DNA of 64,000 nt, from IMG/VR virus record IMGVR_UViG_3300047386_000382; one strand, 5' to 3'. Below are positions 9,650-17,932 of the stretch, in pieces. Below the pieces are notes generated by a model that was not told where the DNA came from, made no database searches, and saw only the letters and a program-made list of their open reading frames with translations. Position numbers and translations under genes: made by a program. The DNA is from an uncultured virus (IMG/VR IMGVR_UViG_3300047386_000382). Lineage: Duplodnaviria > Heunggongvirae > Uroviricota > Caudoviricetes. Each line of letters begins with the position of its first letter. The stretch's first letter is position 1.

Positions 9650-10405
9650 ATGTACTATTTATATCACATCCCGGGTAAAAAGATCGGAGTTACACGTAAT
9701 CTTAATAAACGCGTAACGGAAACCCAGGGCTATAAGCCTACCGAATATGAAGTTCTTGATCAAAGTGAAGATATTAGTTATATATCAGATCGTGAGATAG
9801 AACTTCAAAAGTCTTATGGCTACAGAGTAGATCGAAAACTTTATAAAACTTTATTTAATAAAATGAGAATAAACCCTACAGACCAAACAAGTACATTTCC
9901 TGTGCCAGTCAATAAGCTAAAAGGTAGACTTATGGATAATCTGGGACTGAAGTGGACTACACCACAAGGTTACGATTTTGAAATAACAAAAGAAGCTATC
10001 CCGTGGATTGTACAAAACGCCAAAACTTCAATGTATAACGAGGATAGAAGCTATATTTACAATAAGGCGTTTTACGAGGCTTTTCAAGCCCAACCCGCTA
10101 TTCCAGTCGACAACGTATTTGAGAGTATACGTGAGTGGGCACGCGACAGAGGTATATATGATTCTGGCGATGTGAAGACACAACTAATCAAACTATATGA
10201 AGAGACGGGAGAACTCGCGCAGGCGGTCCTTAAGAAGAACGATGACGATATTATCGATGCTATTGGTGATAGTGTTGTGGTACTCACCAATCTTGCCACA
10301 TTGGCAGGTTATGATATTGAACATTGCATTAATACCGCCTATGGTGAAATTAGGAGCCGAACTGGATCCATGGTAAACGGAACCTTTGTAAAAGAGCAAT
10401 TATGA
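9650..10405 (+). CDS. GIY-YIG-like domain fused to a MazG-like NTP pyrophosphohydrolase
   Basis: N-terminal YYLY..KIGVT..R...E; C-terminal KLYEETGEL...DAIGDSVVVL...GTFVK. Confidence 0.8.
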   Translation: MYYLYHIPGKKIGVTRNLNKRVTETQGYKPTEYEVLDQSEDISYISDREIELQKSYGYRVDRKLYKTLFNKMRINPTDQTSTFPVPVNKLKGRLMDNLGLKWTTPQGYDFEITKEAIPWIVQNAKTSMYNEDRSYIYNKAFYEAFQAQPAIPVDNVFESIREWARDRGIYDSGDVKTQLIKLYEETGELAQAVLKKNDDDIIDAIGDSVVVLTNLATLAGYDIEHCINTAYGEIRSRTGSMVNGTFVKEQL

Positions 10406-10641
10406 ATCCAAGAGAAGACAAAATAATTAAAAGAGTTGTCGAAAAGATTCTACAACGCTCAGAGGCTGGCTACAAAAAATATGGAGTTGGCTTAGACAAA
10501 GACGACCAAACATTAGACACATGGCTAAATCACTTGCAAGAAGAATTAATGGATGCCGTTAATTATATTGAAAAAGCAAGAATGGTCCTACGTAGTGAAA
10601 TCGAAGAATGTTATTTAAGAGATGCGAAGGAAACCATATAA
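10402..10641 (+). CDS. Small all-alpha (MazG/dNTPase-like) protein
   Basis: GYKKYG...WLNHLQEELMDAVNY (EExxD). Confidence 0.6.
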   Translation: MNPREDKIIKRVVEKILQRSEAGYKKYGVGLDKDDQTLDTWLNHLQEELMDAVNYIEKARMVLRSEIEECYLRDAKETI

Positions 10642-11077
10642 AAGACGAAAGCGCGGACCGGTACAGGCAAAGAAGATATCATATGACGGTATCAACTTTG
10701 CTTCCGGCTTGGAGCGCTATATGTATATGGCTTTGAAAAAAGCAAAGATCAAAGCTAAGTACGAAGGCGAAACTTTTGTGTTGCTGAATGGATTTCACTT
10801 CCCAAACAAATGCTATGCACGTCAAGCCAATGGTAAAGGTGATTTTAAAGATCGAGGTAGCAAACGCATACTTCCTATAAAATACACGCCAGACTTTATT
10901 GGTGATGACTTTATTATAGAAACTAAAGGTAGAGCTAATGAATCGTTTCCAATGCGTTGGAAGCTATTTAAAAAGCTCGTGACTGAGCAGTTTCCGCAGT
11001 ATACATTGTATAAACCACAAAATCAAGCAGAATGCGACAAAGTAATAGATATAATCCGCAGCTCGCAAAAAAAGTAG
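10622..11077 (+). CDS. T7 endonuclease I-like Holliday junction resolvase
   Basis: FASGLE, YE, YTPDF...IIETKG. Confidence 0.85.
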   Translation: MRRKPYKRRKRGPVQAKKISYDGINFASGLERYMYMALKKAKIKAKYEGETFVLLNGFHFPNKCYARQANGKGDFKDRGSKRILPIKYTPDFIGDDFIIETKGRANESFPMRWKLFKKLVTEQFPQYTLYKPQNQAECDKVIDIIRSSQKK

Positions 11078-11197
11078 CGAGACAAAAATACAAGGAGCGG
11101 CAGATCGATAAGTTTGTTAAATGGGCTGCTGAGCAAAAAGGATATGTAAAGTATAAAGAAATAGTTGAATTGCATGAACAATATAATATAAAAGTGT

Positions 11198-11332
11198 ATG
11201 GCTAAATTAAATTTATTCGCTTACAAAGAAAAATCAAAAGTGCGTAGGCCAGGAGTCCACGCTAAAACAAAAACTAGTAACAATAAACAAAGTAAAAATT
11301 ATGTCAAAAAATACAAAGGGCAAGGCCGCTAA
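11198..11332 (+). CDS. Small basic protein ending KKYKGQGR (44 aa)
   Basis: Translated by hand; K/R-rich. Confidence 0.65.
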   Translation: MAKLNLFAYKEKSKVRRPGVHAKTKTSNNKQSKNYVKKYKGQGR

Positions 11333-11461
11333 AGATTGGTCATTAAGTTTAGGAACATATCCAGGTATATTATTTGGTATGCGCACATATCACGGTGATA
11401 CACATTCTCAAACTGTATTTTACTTGCCGTTTATTGATCTTGCTTACGAAGTCGAAAAATA

Positions 11462-12421
11462 ATGGGATTGTTTGATGAGCGCATAGCGTACAAACCATTT
11501 GAATACCCTGACTATTATACAGAAGGGTGGCTTAAGCAAGCGCAGGCGTTTTGGTTACACACTGAAATACCTATGCAGAGCGACATAAAAGATTGGAAGG
11601 AAAAATTAAATGATAAAGAGAAAAACTTGGTCGGAAACATATTACTCGGGTTTGCACAAACAGAGTGCGCTGTTTCAGACTATTGGACACAGAAGGTTGT
11701 TTCGTGGTTTCCTAAACACGAGATACAACAGATGGCTATGATGTTTGGCTCGCAAGAGACAATACACGCTGTAGCTTATAGTTATTTGAATGAAACATTA
11801 GGTCTTGAAGATTATGAAGCTTTTTTACACGAGCCGGCGACTGCTGGAAGGTTTGACAATCTGGTTAGTTATAGTGGTACCGATTCTGTCGGGATTGGCC
11901 GCTCTCTTGCTGTCTTTAGTGCTTTTGCTGAGGGGGTTAGCTTATACTCTGCATTTGCTGTTCTCTATAGTTTCCAGTTAAGAAACTTACTGAAAGGTAT
12001 AGGTCAACAAATGAAATGGAGTGTGCGCGATGAGTCATTGCATAGTAAAATGGGCTGTAAGCTTTTTCGCGATATGTGTAAAGAAACACCTGGTTTACTA
12101 GAAAATTGTCAAGAAGATATAGTCGAAGCTGCTAAAACAATGGTAGACTTAGAAGAAAAGTATATTGACAAGATGTTTGAGATGGGTGACATTGAAAACT
12201 TAAAAGCATACGACCTTAAACAATTTATAAGAAAAAGAGCAAATGAAAAATTACAAGAACTTGGATATCTCGCCTTCTTCGATGTCGATACTAAAGCGGC
12301 TGATAACCTTGATTGGTTTTATCATCTTACCGGTGGTCATACTCATACAGATTTTTTCGCTATTCGGCCAACTGATTACTCAAAGGCTAATGAAGGTGAA
12401 GACTTTGAAGACATTTGGTAA
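11462..12421 (+). CDS. nrdB: Ribonucleotide reductase class I beta subunit
   Basis: FWLHTEI, ETIHAVAY, AEGVSLYSAF, RDESLH metal ligands. Confidence 0.95.
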   Translation: MGLFDERIAYKPFEYPDYYTEGWLKQAQAFWLHTEIPMQSDIKDWKEKLNDKEKNLVGNILLGFAQTECAVSDYWTQKVVSWFPKHEIQQMAMMFGSQETIHAVAYSYLNETLGLEDYEAFLHEPATAGRFDNLVSYSGTDSVGIGRSLAVFSAFAEGVSLYSAFAVLYSFQLRNLLKGIGQQMKWSVRDESLHSKMGCKLFRDMCKETPGLLENCQEDIVEAAKTMVDLEEKYIDKMFEMGDIENLKAYDLKQFIRKRANEKLQELGYLAFFDVDTKAADNLDWFYHLTGGHTHTDFFAIRPTDYSKANEGEDFEDIW

Positions 12422-12465
12422 TTTAATGTCAGAAGATGAAATGTGGGAAGATTTAAGAGAAAGAA

Positions 12466-12705
12466 ATGAAAGGACAAAAACAAAGTAGAATTGATAATGT
12501 TGAAAAGCGCTTAGCTGCAATGACAAGAGTATTGCAGGAACTTATTAATGAAGTTCAAAATACTAAAACAATTGCGCTAGGCGTGCATCAAACAATAAAA
12601 GAAATGCCTAACTATGAAGAAGCAATCGAAAAGCTTAAAGAGAAAGCTGCTGGAGAGCATGGTGAAGGAGAGAAAGTTATCTCCGACGGAAAGATTAGCG
12701 AATAG
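12466..12705 (+). CDS. Hypothetical coiled-coil protein
   Basis: ORF in operon. Confidence 0.65.
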   Translation: MKGQKQSRIDNVEKRLAAMTRVLQELINEVQNTKTIALGVHQTIKEMPNYEEAIEKLKEKAAGEHGEGEKVISDGKISE

Positions 12706-12892
12706 GCTAGGGTATATGGGGACCGGTTTTTTTGTAACTGCTCCCCATATGTTACCTGATACACCTGGTATTGTAATATATTTTTTAGCTGGTCTGTTTT
12801 GTACACCGCAAGTTTGGGTTGCAAAACAATGGAACTTAGTAATAGTAAACTTAAATGTAATGATGGCGTACGCGCTACTATTTTTTAAATGA
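12614..12892 (+). CDS. Small membrane protein
   Basis: Hydrophobic helices; ATGA coupling to nrdA. Confidence 0.65.
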   Translation: MKKQSKSLKRKLLESMVKERKLSPTERLANRLGYMGTGFFVTAPHMLPDTPGIVIYFLAGLFCTPQVWVAKQWNLVIVNLNVMMAYALLFFK

Positions 12893-14658
12893 TGTGGAAT
12901 AATGAATGGAAAAAAGGTGTCGACTACCCATCTTGGGGAGACACGGAAGTATACAAGAAGACTATATCCGGGGGATATCTATATATGGGAGAGTCCCCAA
13001 GAGACGCATACAAAAGAGTCGCAACAACAGTCGCAAGACGATTGTACAAGCCAGAACTAGCAGATACATTTTTTGATTACATCTGGAAAGGTTGGTTATG
13101 TTTAGCGTCTCCGGTTTTATCTAATACAGGTACCGATCGTGGTTTACCTATATCGTGCTTCGGTATAGATGTGGGTGATAGTATACACGACATTGGTACT
13201 AAAAATTTAGAAATGATGATGCTTGCCAAACACGGTGGGGGTGTTGGTATCGGAGTTAATATGATTCGTCCCGCCGGAGCTAAAATCACAGGAAATGGAA
13301 CATCAGATGGAGTCGTACCCTTCTGCAAAATCTACGATAGCACAATTCTTGCAACCAATCAAGGATCAGTTAGACGCGGAGCTGCAAGCGTTAATATCAA
13401 CATTGACCACGGAGATTTTGAAGAGTGGCTTGAAATACGAGAGCCTAAAGGAGATGTCAACAGACAATCGCTTAACTTACATCAGTGCGCAGTGGTTGGC
13501 GATAAGTTTATGCGAAAGCTTGAAAGAGGAGATGCAGAGGCTAGATCTAAATGGAGTAAACTTCTTAGAAAAAGGAAAAGCACCGGAGAGCCGTATATCC
13601 TTTTTAAAGGAAACACTAATAAAACAAATCCAGCAGCGTACAAAGACAACGCTTTAAAAGTTCATATGACTAACATCTGCAGTGAAATAGTATTGCATAC
13701 AGATGAGTCACATAGCTTTGTTTGTTGTTTAAGCAGTTTAAACGTTACTAAGTATGAAGAATGGAAGAATACAAACCTCATCTACGATGCTATCTGGTTT
13801 CTTGATGGAGTCCTGGAAGAGTTTATTCAGAAGGCTAAGGGGCTTACAGGCTTTGGAAACTCTGTTAGATCTGCTGAGAAGGGCAGAGCACTTGGCTTGG
13901 GAGTCTTGGGTTGGCATACGTACCTGCAACAAAACGGTGTACCCTTTGAAGGATTACAAGCACAGTTCCAGACAAGACGTATATTTAGCCAAATTAAGAT
14001 TGAATCTGAACGAGCATCAAGAGCACTTGCTGAGGTTTATGGTGAACCTCTTTGGTGTCGTGGCGCTGGCTTTCGTAACACTCATCTTAGGGCTGTTGCT
14101 CCTACTGTGTCTAATAGTAAGCTTGCCGGTAATGTTAGTCCTGGTATTGAGCCTTGGGCCGCTAATGTTTTCACTGAACAAAGCGCGAAGGGTACGTTCA
14201 TTAGGAAAAACAAAGAACTAGAAAAAGTGCTTCGTAAAGTTGGTATCAACGTTAAAGAAACGTGGGATAAAATTATGGCCGACGGCGGAAGCATACAAGA
14301 TATCGAAGAGTTAGATAACTGGGGTTATGTTAATGGTAAGCTTACGCTTATCGAGGACTCAAAATCGTACGATCTAACGGGCTTTGATAAAGTTAAAGAT
14401 GTATTTAAAACCTTTAAAGAAATAAATCAATTAGAGCTAGTTAATCAAGCTGGTATACGTCAACAATATATTGACCAATCTGTTAGTTTAAATTTAGCTT
14501 TTCCTTCTGAAGCGTCGCCTAAATGGATTAATCAAGTTCATATGGACGCCTGGAAAAAAGGTATTAAAACATTATATTATATGCGAACAGAGTCTGTACT
14601 CAGGGGCGATATAGCCGCAAGCGCTATGGACCCAGACTGTGTTGCTTGTGATGGGTAA
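12889..14658 (+). CDS. nrdA: Ribonucleotide reductase class I alpha subunit (no ATP cone)
   Basis: ASPVLSN, ISCF, TNICSEI, APTVSNS, KTLYYMR, C-terminal CVAC. Confidence 0.95.
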   Translation: MMWNNEWKKGVDYPSWGDTEVYKKTISGGYLYMGESPRDAYKRVATTVARRLYKPELADTFFDYIWKGWLCLASPVLSNTGTDRGLPISCFGIDVGDSIHDIGTKNLEMMMLAKHGGGVGIGVNMIRPAGAKITGNGTSDGVVPFCKIYDSTILATNQGSVRRGAASVNINIDHGDFEEWLEIREPKGDVNRQSLNLHQCAVVGDKFMRKLERGDAEARSKWSKLLRKRKSTGEPYILFKGNTNKTNPAAYKDNALKVHMTNICSEIVLHTDESHSFVCCLSSLNVTKYEEWKNTNLIYDAIWFLDGVLEEFIQKAKGLTGFGNSVRSAEKGRALGLGVLGWHTYLQQNGVPFEGLQAQFQTRRIFSQIKIESERASRALAEVYGEPLWCRGAGFRNTHLRAVAPTVSNSKLAGNVSPGIEPWAANVFTEQSAKGTFIRKNKELEKVLRKVGINVKETWDKIMADGGSIQDIEELDNWGYVNGKLTLIEDSKSYDLTGFDKVKDVFKTFKEINQLELVNQAGIRQQYIDQSVSLNLAFPSEASPKWINQVHMDAWKKGIKTLYYMRTESVLRGDIAASAMDPDCVACDG

Positions 14659-14694
14659 TAAAAAAAGGGGAGGCCGTTAAGCTTCCCCTTCTTT
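14659..14694. terminator. Bidirectional intrinsic terminator between the converging arms
   Basis: A-run, AAGGGGAGGC-CGTTAA-GCTTCCCCTT, then T-rich. Confidence 0.85.
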
Positions 14695-14737
14695 GTTACA
14701 GGATCTTTGGGTATGGTGCCCATTTTTTTTATTCCTG

Positions 14738-15124
14738 TTATTTTTTTACTTCAAATTTAAAATTCTTACCTGACACAGCAAGCTTGTCAATTACTTCAGT
14801 TTGCGTATCACGAAGCAGCTTTTCTAGCTTATCTTTTTCAATAACCATCCCGGCTACTTTATCTTCTAGCGCTTCGTTCTTTGCTTTTAATGATTCTAAC
14901 TCTTCAGGATTCTTACCTATAAAAGTATATATTACCACCGATAAACTACCGACTAGCATACCGACAATAACTTTAAATATATCGTTATTAGTTTCAGGTA
15001 TTTCTTTAAATGCTAAAAATAGCAATAAACTCATAACCATTGCAAATACTGTTGCAGCGCCTATGTAACCCCTCATTTCTTTGTTTCTAAACATAAGTTT
15101 TATTTTAGCATAGGCCACAGCCAA
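14738..15124 (-). CDS. Two-TM membrane protein with coiled coil (holin or spanin candidate)
   Basis: Two hydrophobic helices; lysis neighbourhood. Confidence 0.7.
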   Translation of the reverse strand: MAVAYAKIKLMFRNKEMRGYIGAATVFAMVMSLLLFLAFKEIPETNNDIFKVIVGMLVGSLSVVIYTFIGKNPEELESLKAKNEALEDKVAGMVIEKDKLEKLLRDTQTEVIDKLAVSGKNFKFEVKK

Positions 15125-15151
15125 TGCAGATTGGACATATATCTTCCATAA

Positions 15152-15562
15152 TTAAAAATTTGATGCTAAGTTAATTTCATTTATAGTCTCTTGAATTTCA
15201 GCCAACCCCACAGGAAGCGTAAGGTCAAGACCGGCTTTAAATATTTTTTCCATACTACCAGACTTAAAAATAAGAACAGTAGGCACCATTCTAACCCTGT
15301 ACTTCTTTTTAGCTTGTGGTGCTTTTGATATATCAACTCTATAATATGATGCATTCTTTATCTGTTTCCATTCGTTAAAACAATTGGCTTCATTAAATTT
15401 AGCCCAGAATTCAACAACTATTGTATCGTCGTTATCATCCCCAAAAGCATTATCATTACGTACAGTCTGATCAAAGTTACTGTCATCAATCCAGTATTTT
15501 TCAGGCACATCGGATTGCGCATGTGCTAAAGCGCTTACAAGCAATAGTATTAAAGTTCTCAT
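15152..15562 (-). CDS. Secreted thioredoxin-fold protein lacking CxxC
   Basis: Signal peptide ..AHAQ; VVEFWAKFN; VRMVPTVLIFK (cis-Pro loop). Confidence 0.75.
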   Translation of the reverse strand: MRTLILLLVSALAHAQSDVPEKYWIDDSNFDQTVRNDNAFGDDNDDTIVVEFWAKFNEANCFNEWKQIKNASYYRVDISKAPQAKKKYRVRMVPTVLIFKSGSMEKIFKAGLDLTLPVGLAEIQETINEINLASNF

Positions 15563-15843
15563 TGATTTTTTCTTATTTCGTATAAACGCCCATCTATTTT
15601 TTCTAACTCTTCAAGTATTTTATCAACATCTTCCTGCGTGTCCATTATTGTTTGACGCACAAGTTCATCTTTCAAATCATACTCTGTTCTTGAAATTACC
15701 GGCTCAGGAAGTTCCTTAGCGAGAGCTATATCAGACTTTAAAGTAAAGTACATAGTGGCTAAGGAAATTGCGCCACCTATAATTATACCTATTGTCTTCA
15801 GATCAAGAGTTACTTTCGTGTTTTCTCCTATTTGCTGTGCCAT
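15559..15843 (-). CDS. Single-TM coiled-coil protein
   Basis: One TM then heptads. Confidence 0.7.
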   Translation of the reverse strand: MAQQIGENTKVTLDLKTIGIIIGGAISLATMYFTLKSDIALAKELPEPVISRTEYDLKDELVRQTIMDTQEDVDKILEELEKIDGRLYEIRKNQ

Positions 15844-17036
15844 TACCTAAATGTTATATTGATTCCAAAATTAGAGTTAAATATTTCTGAGTCCCAAAAT
15901 CTAGTATATTCACCCTCTACAAATATTCCTATTGACTTTGTTACTTTCCAACCAAACATTAGTCCAGCCTGGTAGTCGTCCCATTGCTCGCCGGCTATTA
16001 AATCATTATGACCGCCTTTACCCCAGCTGTTACGATGCAGGTAACTAAAATCTTCGTTGCCTTCCACATAGCTATGGTGAGGCATAATCCAATTGCCGTA
16101 TGCGTGTAACCAAAAGTTATTTTTATAATGGTAAAAATCAAAGCCAACTATAGGTGCAATTTCAGCAAAAGGGTCTAGTTCAGACCATGCCTCCTGATTA
16201 AACCTATTCATTAAGCCACCAAATATGCGGTCTCTAAAGTCCTCATCGGTATACGCGACTATATTACCTTGACCATCTGTCCATAAATAATTATATATTT
16301 GAGATGTAGAACCATCTGGGTTATAAACTTCTGAAGAATAGAATGCGTCTTGAAAGCCATATTCATATCCTAAAGAATACCAAGGATTAGCAGGTATTTC
16401 TTCACCTGAGTATTCGTCTATCATTGTTTCATTTAGCCATATTTCAATTGGATTGTAGCCATATGCTTTTTGGTGTGTACGATATATAATACCTGCAGAT
16501 ATACTAAACTTATTACCTATAGGCAACCTAGCCCTTACCTCACCAGACATATATTCAAATCCAACATTTCCAGATTCTCTAGACTCGAACTTACCTATAT
16601 GGTACTTGCCTGTGTGTCTTACAAATAAACGCCTGTTGTCAAATTCATTGCCGTCTATTCTTTGTTTTTCCCAGTGCAATAAATATTCTAAACCTTTTAC
16701 TGCGGCTGTTGGTGCAGATAAACCCACGTTATTCTCTGTACCATTGTAAAAATTTGGTTTGCTTTCGTAGCCAAACCTTGCTAGCTTACGCAATCCAACA
16801 CCAATACGATAGTTATTTGGGTGATATGTAGTTTGATCTACAACACGAGGTATACCATATAAATCGTTAGGGTCTGTTCTAACAAAATACTTTGTTTGTT
16901 CTAATTTAGCATTACCTATATTACCCGCGGCATACACGGTGCCATATTTTAAAAAGTCATCGTACAAGCCTTTAAGGAATTGCGATTGCACGTTAAAAGA
17001 AAATAGCACTGCTATCAGCAGAATTAATTTTTTCAT
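15843..17036 (-). CDS. Putative outer-membrane beta-barrel protein
   Basis: Signal peptide ..VQSQ; alternating aromatic/Gly strands; C-terminus FGINITFR. Confidence 0.65.
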   Translation of the reverse strand: MKKLILLIAVLFSFNVQSQFLKGLYDDFLKYGTVYAAGNIGNAKLEQTKYFVRTDPNDLYGIPRVVDQTTYHPNNYRIGVGLRKLARFGYESKPNFYNGTENNVGLSAPTAAVKGLEYLLHWEKQRIDGNEFDNRRLFVRHTGKYHIGKFESRESGNVGFEYMSGEVRARLPIGNKFSISAGIIYRTHQKAYGYNPIEIWLNETMIDEYSGEEIPANPWYSLGYEYGFQDAFYSSEVYNPDGSTSQIYNYLWTDGQGNIVAYTDEDFRDRIFGGLMNRFNQEAWSELDPFAEIAPIVGFDFYHYKNNFWLHAYGNWIMPHHSYVEGNEDFSYLHRNSWGKGGHNDLIAGEQWDDYQAGLMFGWKVTKSIGIFVEGEYTRFWDSEIFNSNFGINITFR

Positions 17037-17491
17037 ATTACCTCGTATTTTGTTTTGTTGTTAGAATCTCTGTAAGCTTTTAAGCATCTGTTTCTATTAG
17101 AGTCAGAACATACATAACTAACATGTAACCAATCAGGGTTGTTATCTGTTCCAAACTCCCATATGAGTTGATCAAAATCAAGATTGTTTTTTATGTAATT
17201 ATACATTTCCGCGTTTGTTTTGTGACCATATGTATCATCAATATCAATTGCACGGCCTTCACAATGTTGTGATTTTGAACTACCTCCGATTGCTTTATTA
17301 AGCTCAACCGAACGAAAAAATGAATTAATTTTTATTGGACCACCTACCCATTTACGTAGTGGCTCAAATATATTTTCCGCAACAACTTGCATATTAGTCT
17401 TTTCATACTCGTTAGGTATGTTGTTTATACCTTTTCTTTTAGCTGTGTATGAAAGCGTAGCTTCTTTGTAACTAATGTGATTGCTTATCAT
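17033..17491 (-). CDS. Endolysin, peptidase M15 family
   Basis: SFFRS..LNKAIGGS..SQH..GRAID...WLHVS. Confidence 0.9.
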   Translation of the reverse strand: MISNHISYKEATLSYTAKRKGINNIPNEYEKTNMQVVAENIFEPLRKWVGGPIKINSFFRSVELNKAIGGSSKSQHCEGRAIDIDDTYGHKTNAEMYNYIKNNLDFDQLIWEFGTDNNPDWLHVSYVCSDSNRNRCLKAYRDSNNKTKYEVI

Positions 17492-17778
17492 TTTCTTCTC
17501 TTTACAGACTTAACACGACGGGGTTTACCTTTAGGTTGGCCAAGACTTTTCTTTTCTCTTTCTTTTTGTCTTTTTTCTTTAGAAGACATTTCTGATGAGG
17601 TTTTTGGAGTTTTACTAGATATTCTTTTGCTAGGTCTGCAATATGGAACACCTCTTCCGTCACCTTCGCTTCTGCCACAAGGTTTACCAGTTCTAGTATC
17701 AATCCATTTTTCTTTAAACCAACGTTTAAGCGATGCACCTTTTTCGGTCTTTCTTACTTTTAATGGTGATTGATACAT
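17488..17778 (-). CDS. Basic protein (LKRWFKEKW..CGR..YCRP; DUF5872-like)
   Basis: Motif recognition. Confidence 0.7.
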   Translation of the reverse strand: MYQSPLKVRKTEKGASLKRWFKEKWIDTRTGKPCGRSEGDGRGVPYCRPSKRISSKTPKTSSEMSSKEKRQKEREKKSLGQPKGKPRRVKSVKRRK

Positions 17779-17930
17779 TACTTTTTACTTTTATTGCCCC
17801 AGTTAGCAGCTCCAACCTTACGACATTTAGCTATTGCTCCACTTGCGTAAGCAGAAGGAAATACTTTATATCTTGCTTTTACTTTGCGGTAGCAAGCATC
17901 TTTTTTTTCGAATGGTGAGTTTGATTTCAT
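17778..17930 (-). CDS. Small basic protein (50 aa, PSAYASGA motif)
   Basis: Translated by hand; TAATG coupling to the next gene. Confidence 0.7.
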   Translation of the reverse strand: MKSNSPFEKKDACYRKVKARYKVFPSAYASGAIAKCRKVGAANWGNKSKK

Positions 17931-17932
17931 AA

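Noticed and set aside
11462..14658. Introns or inteins in the RNR genes (terL and the helicase were also inspected)
   Set aside because: The ORFs are continuous and of compact length, with no intein-like insertions recognised.
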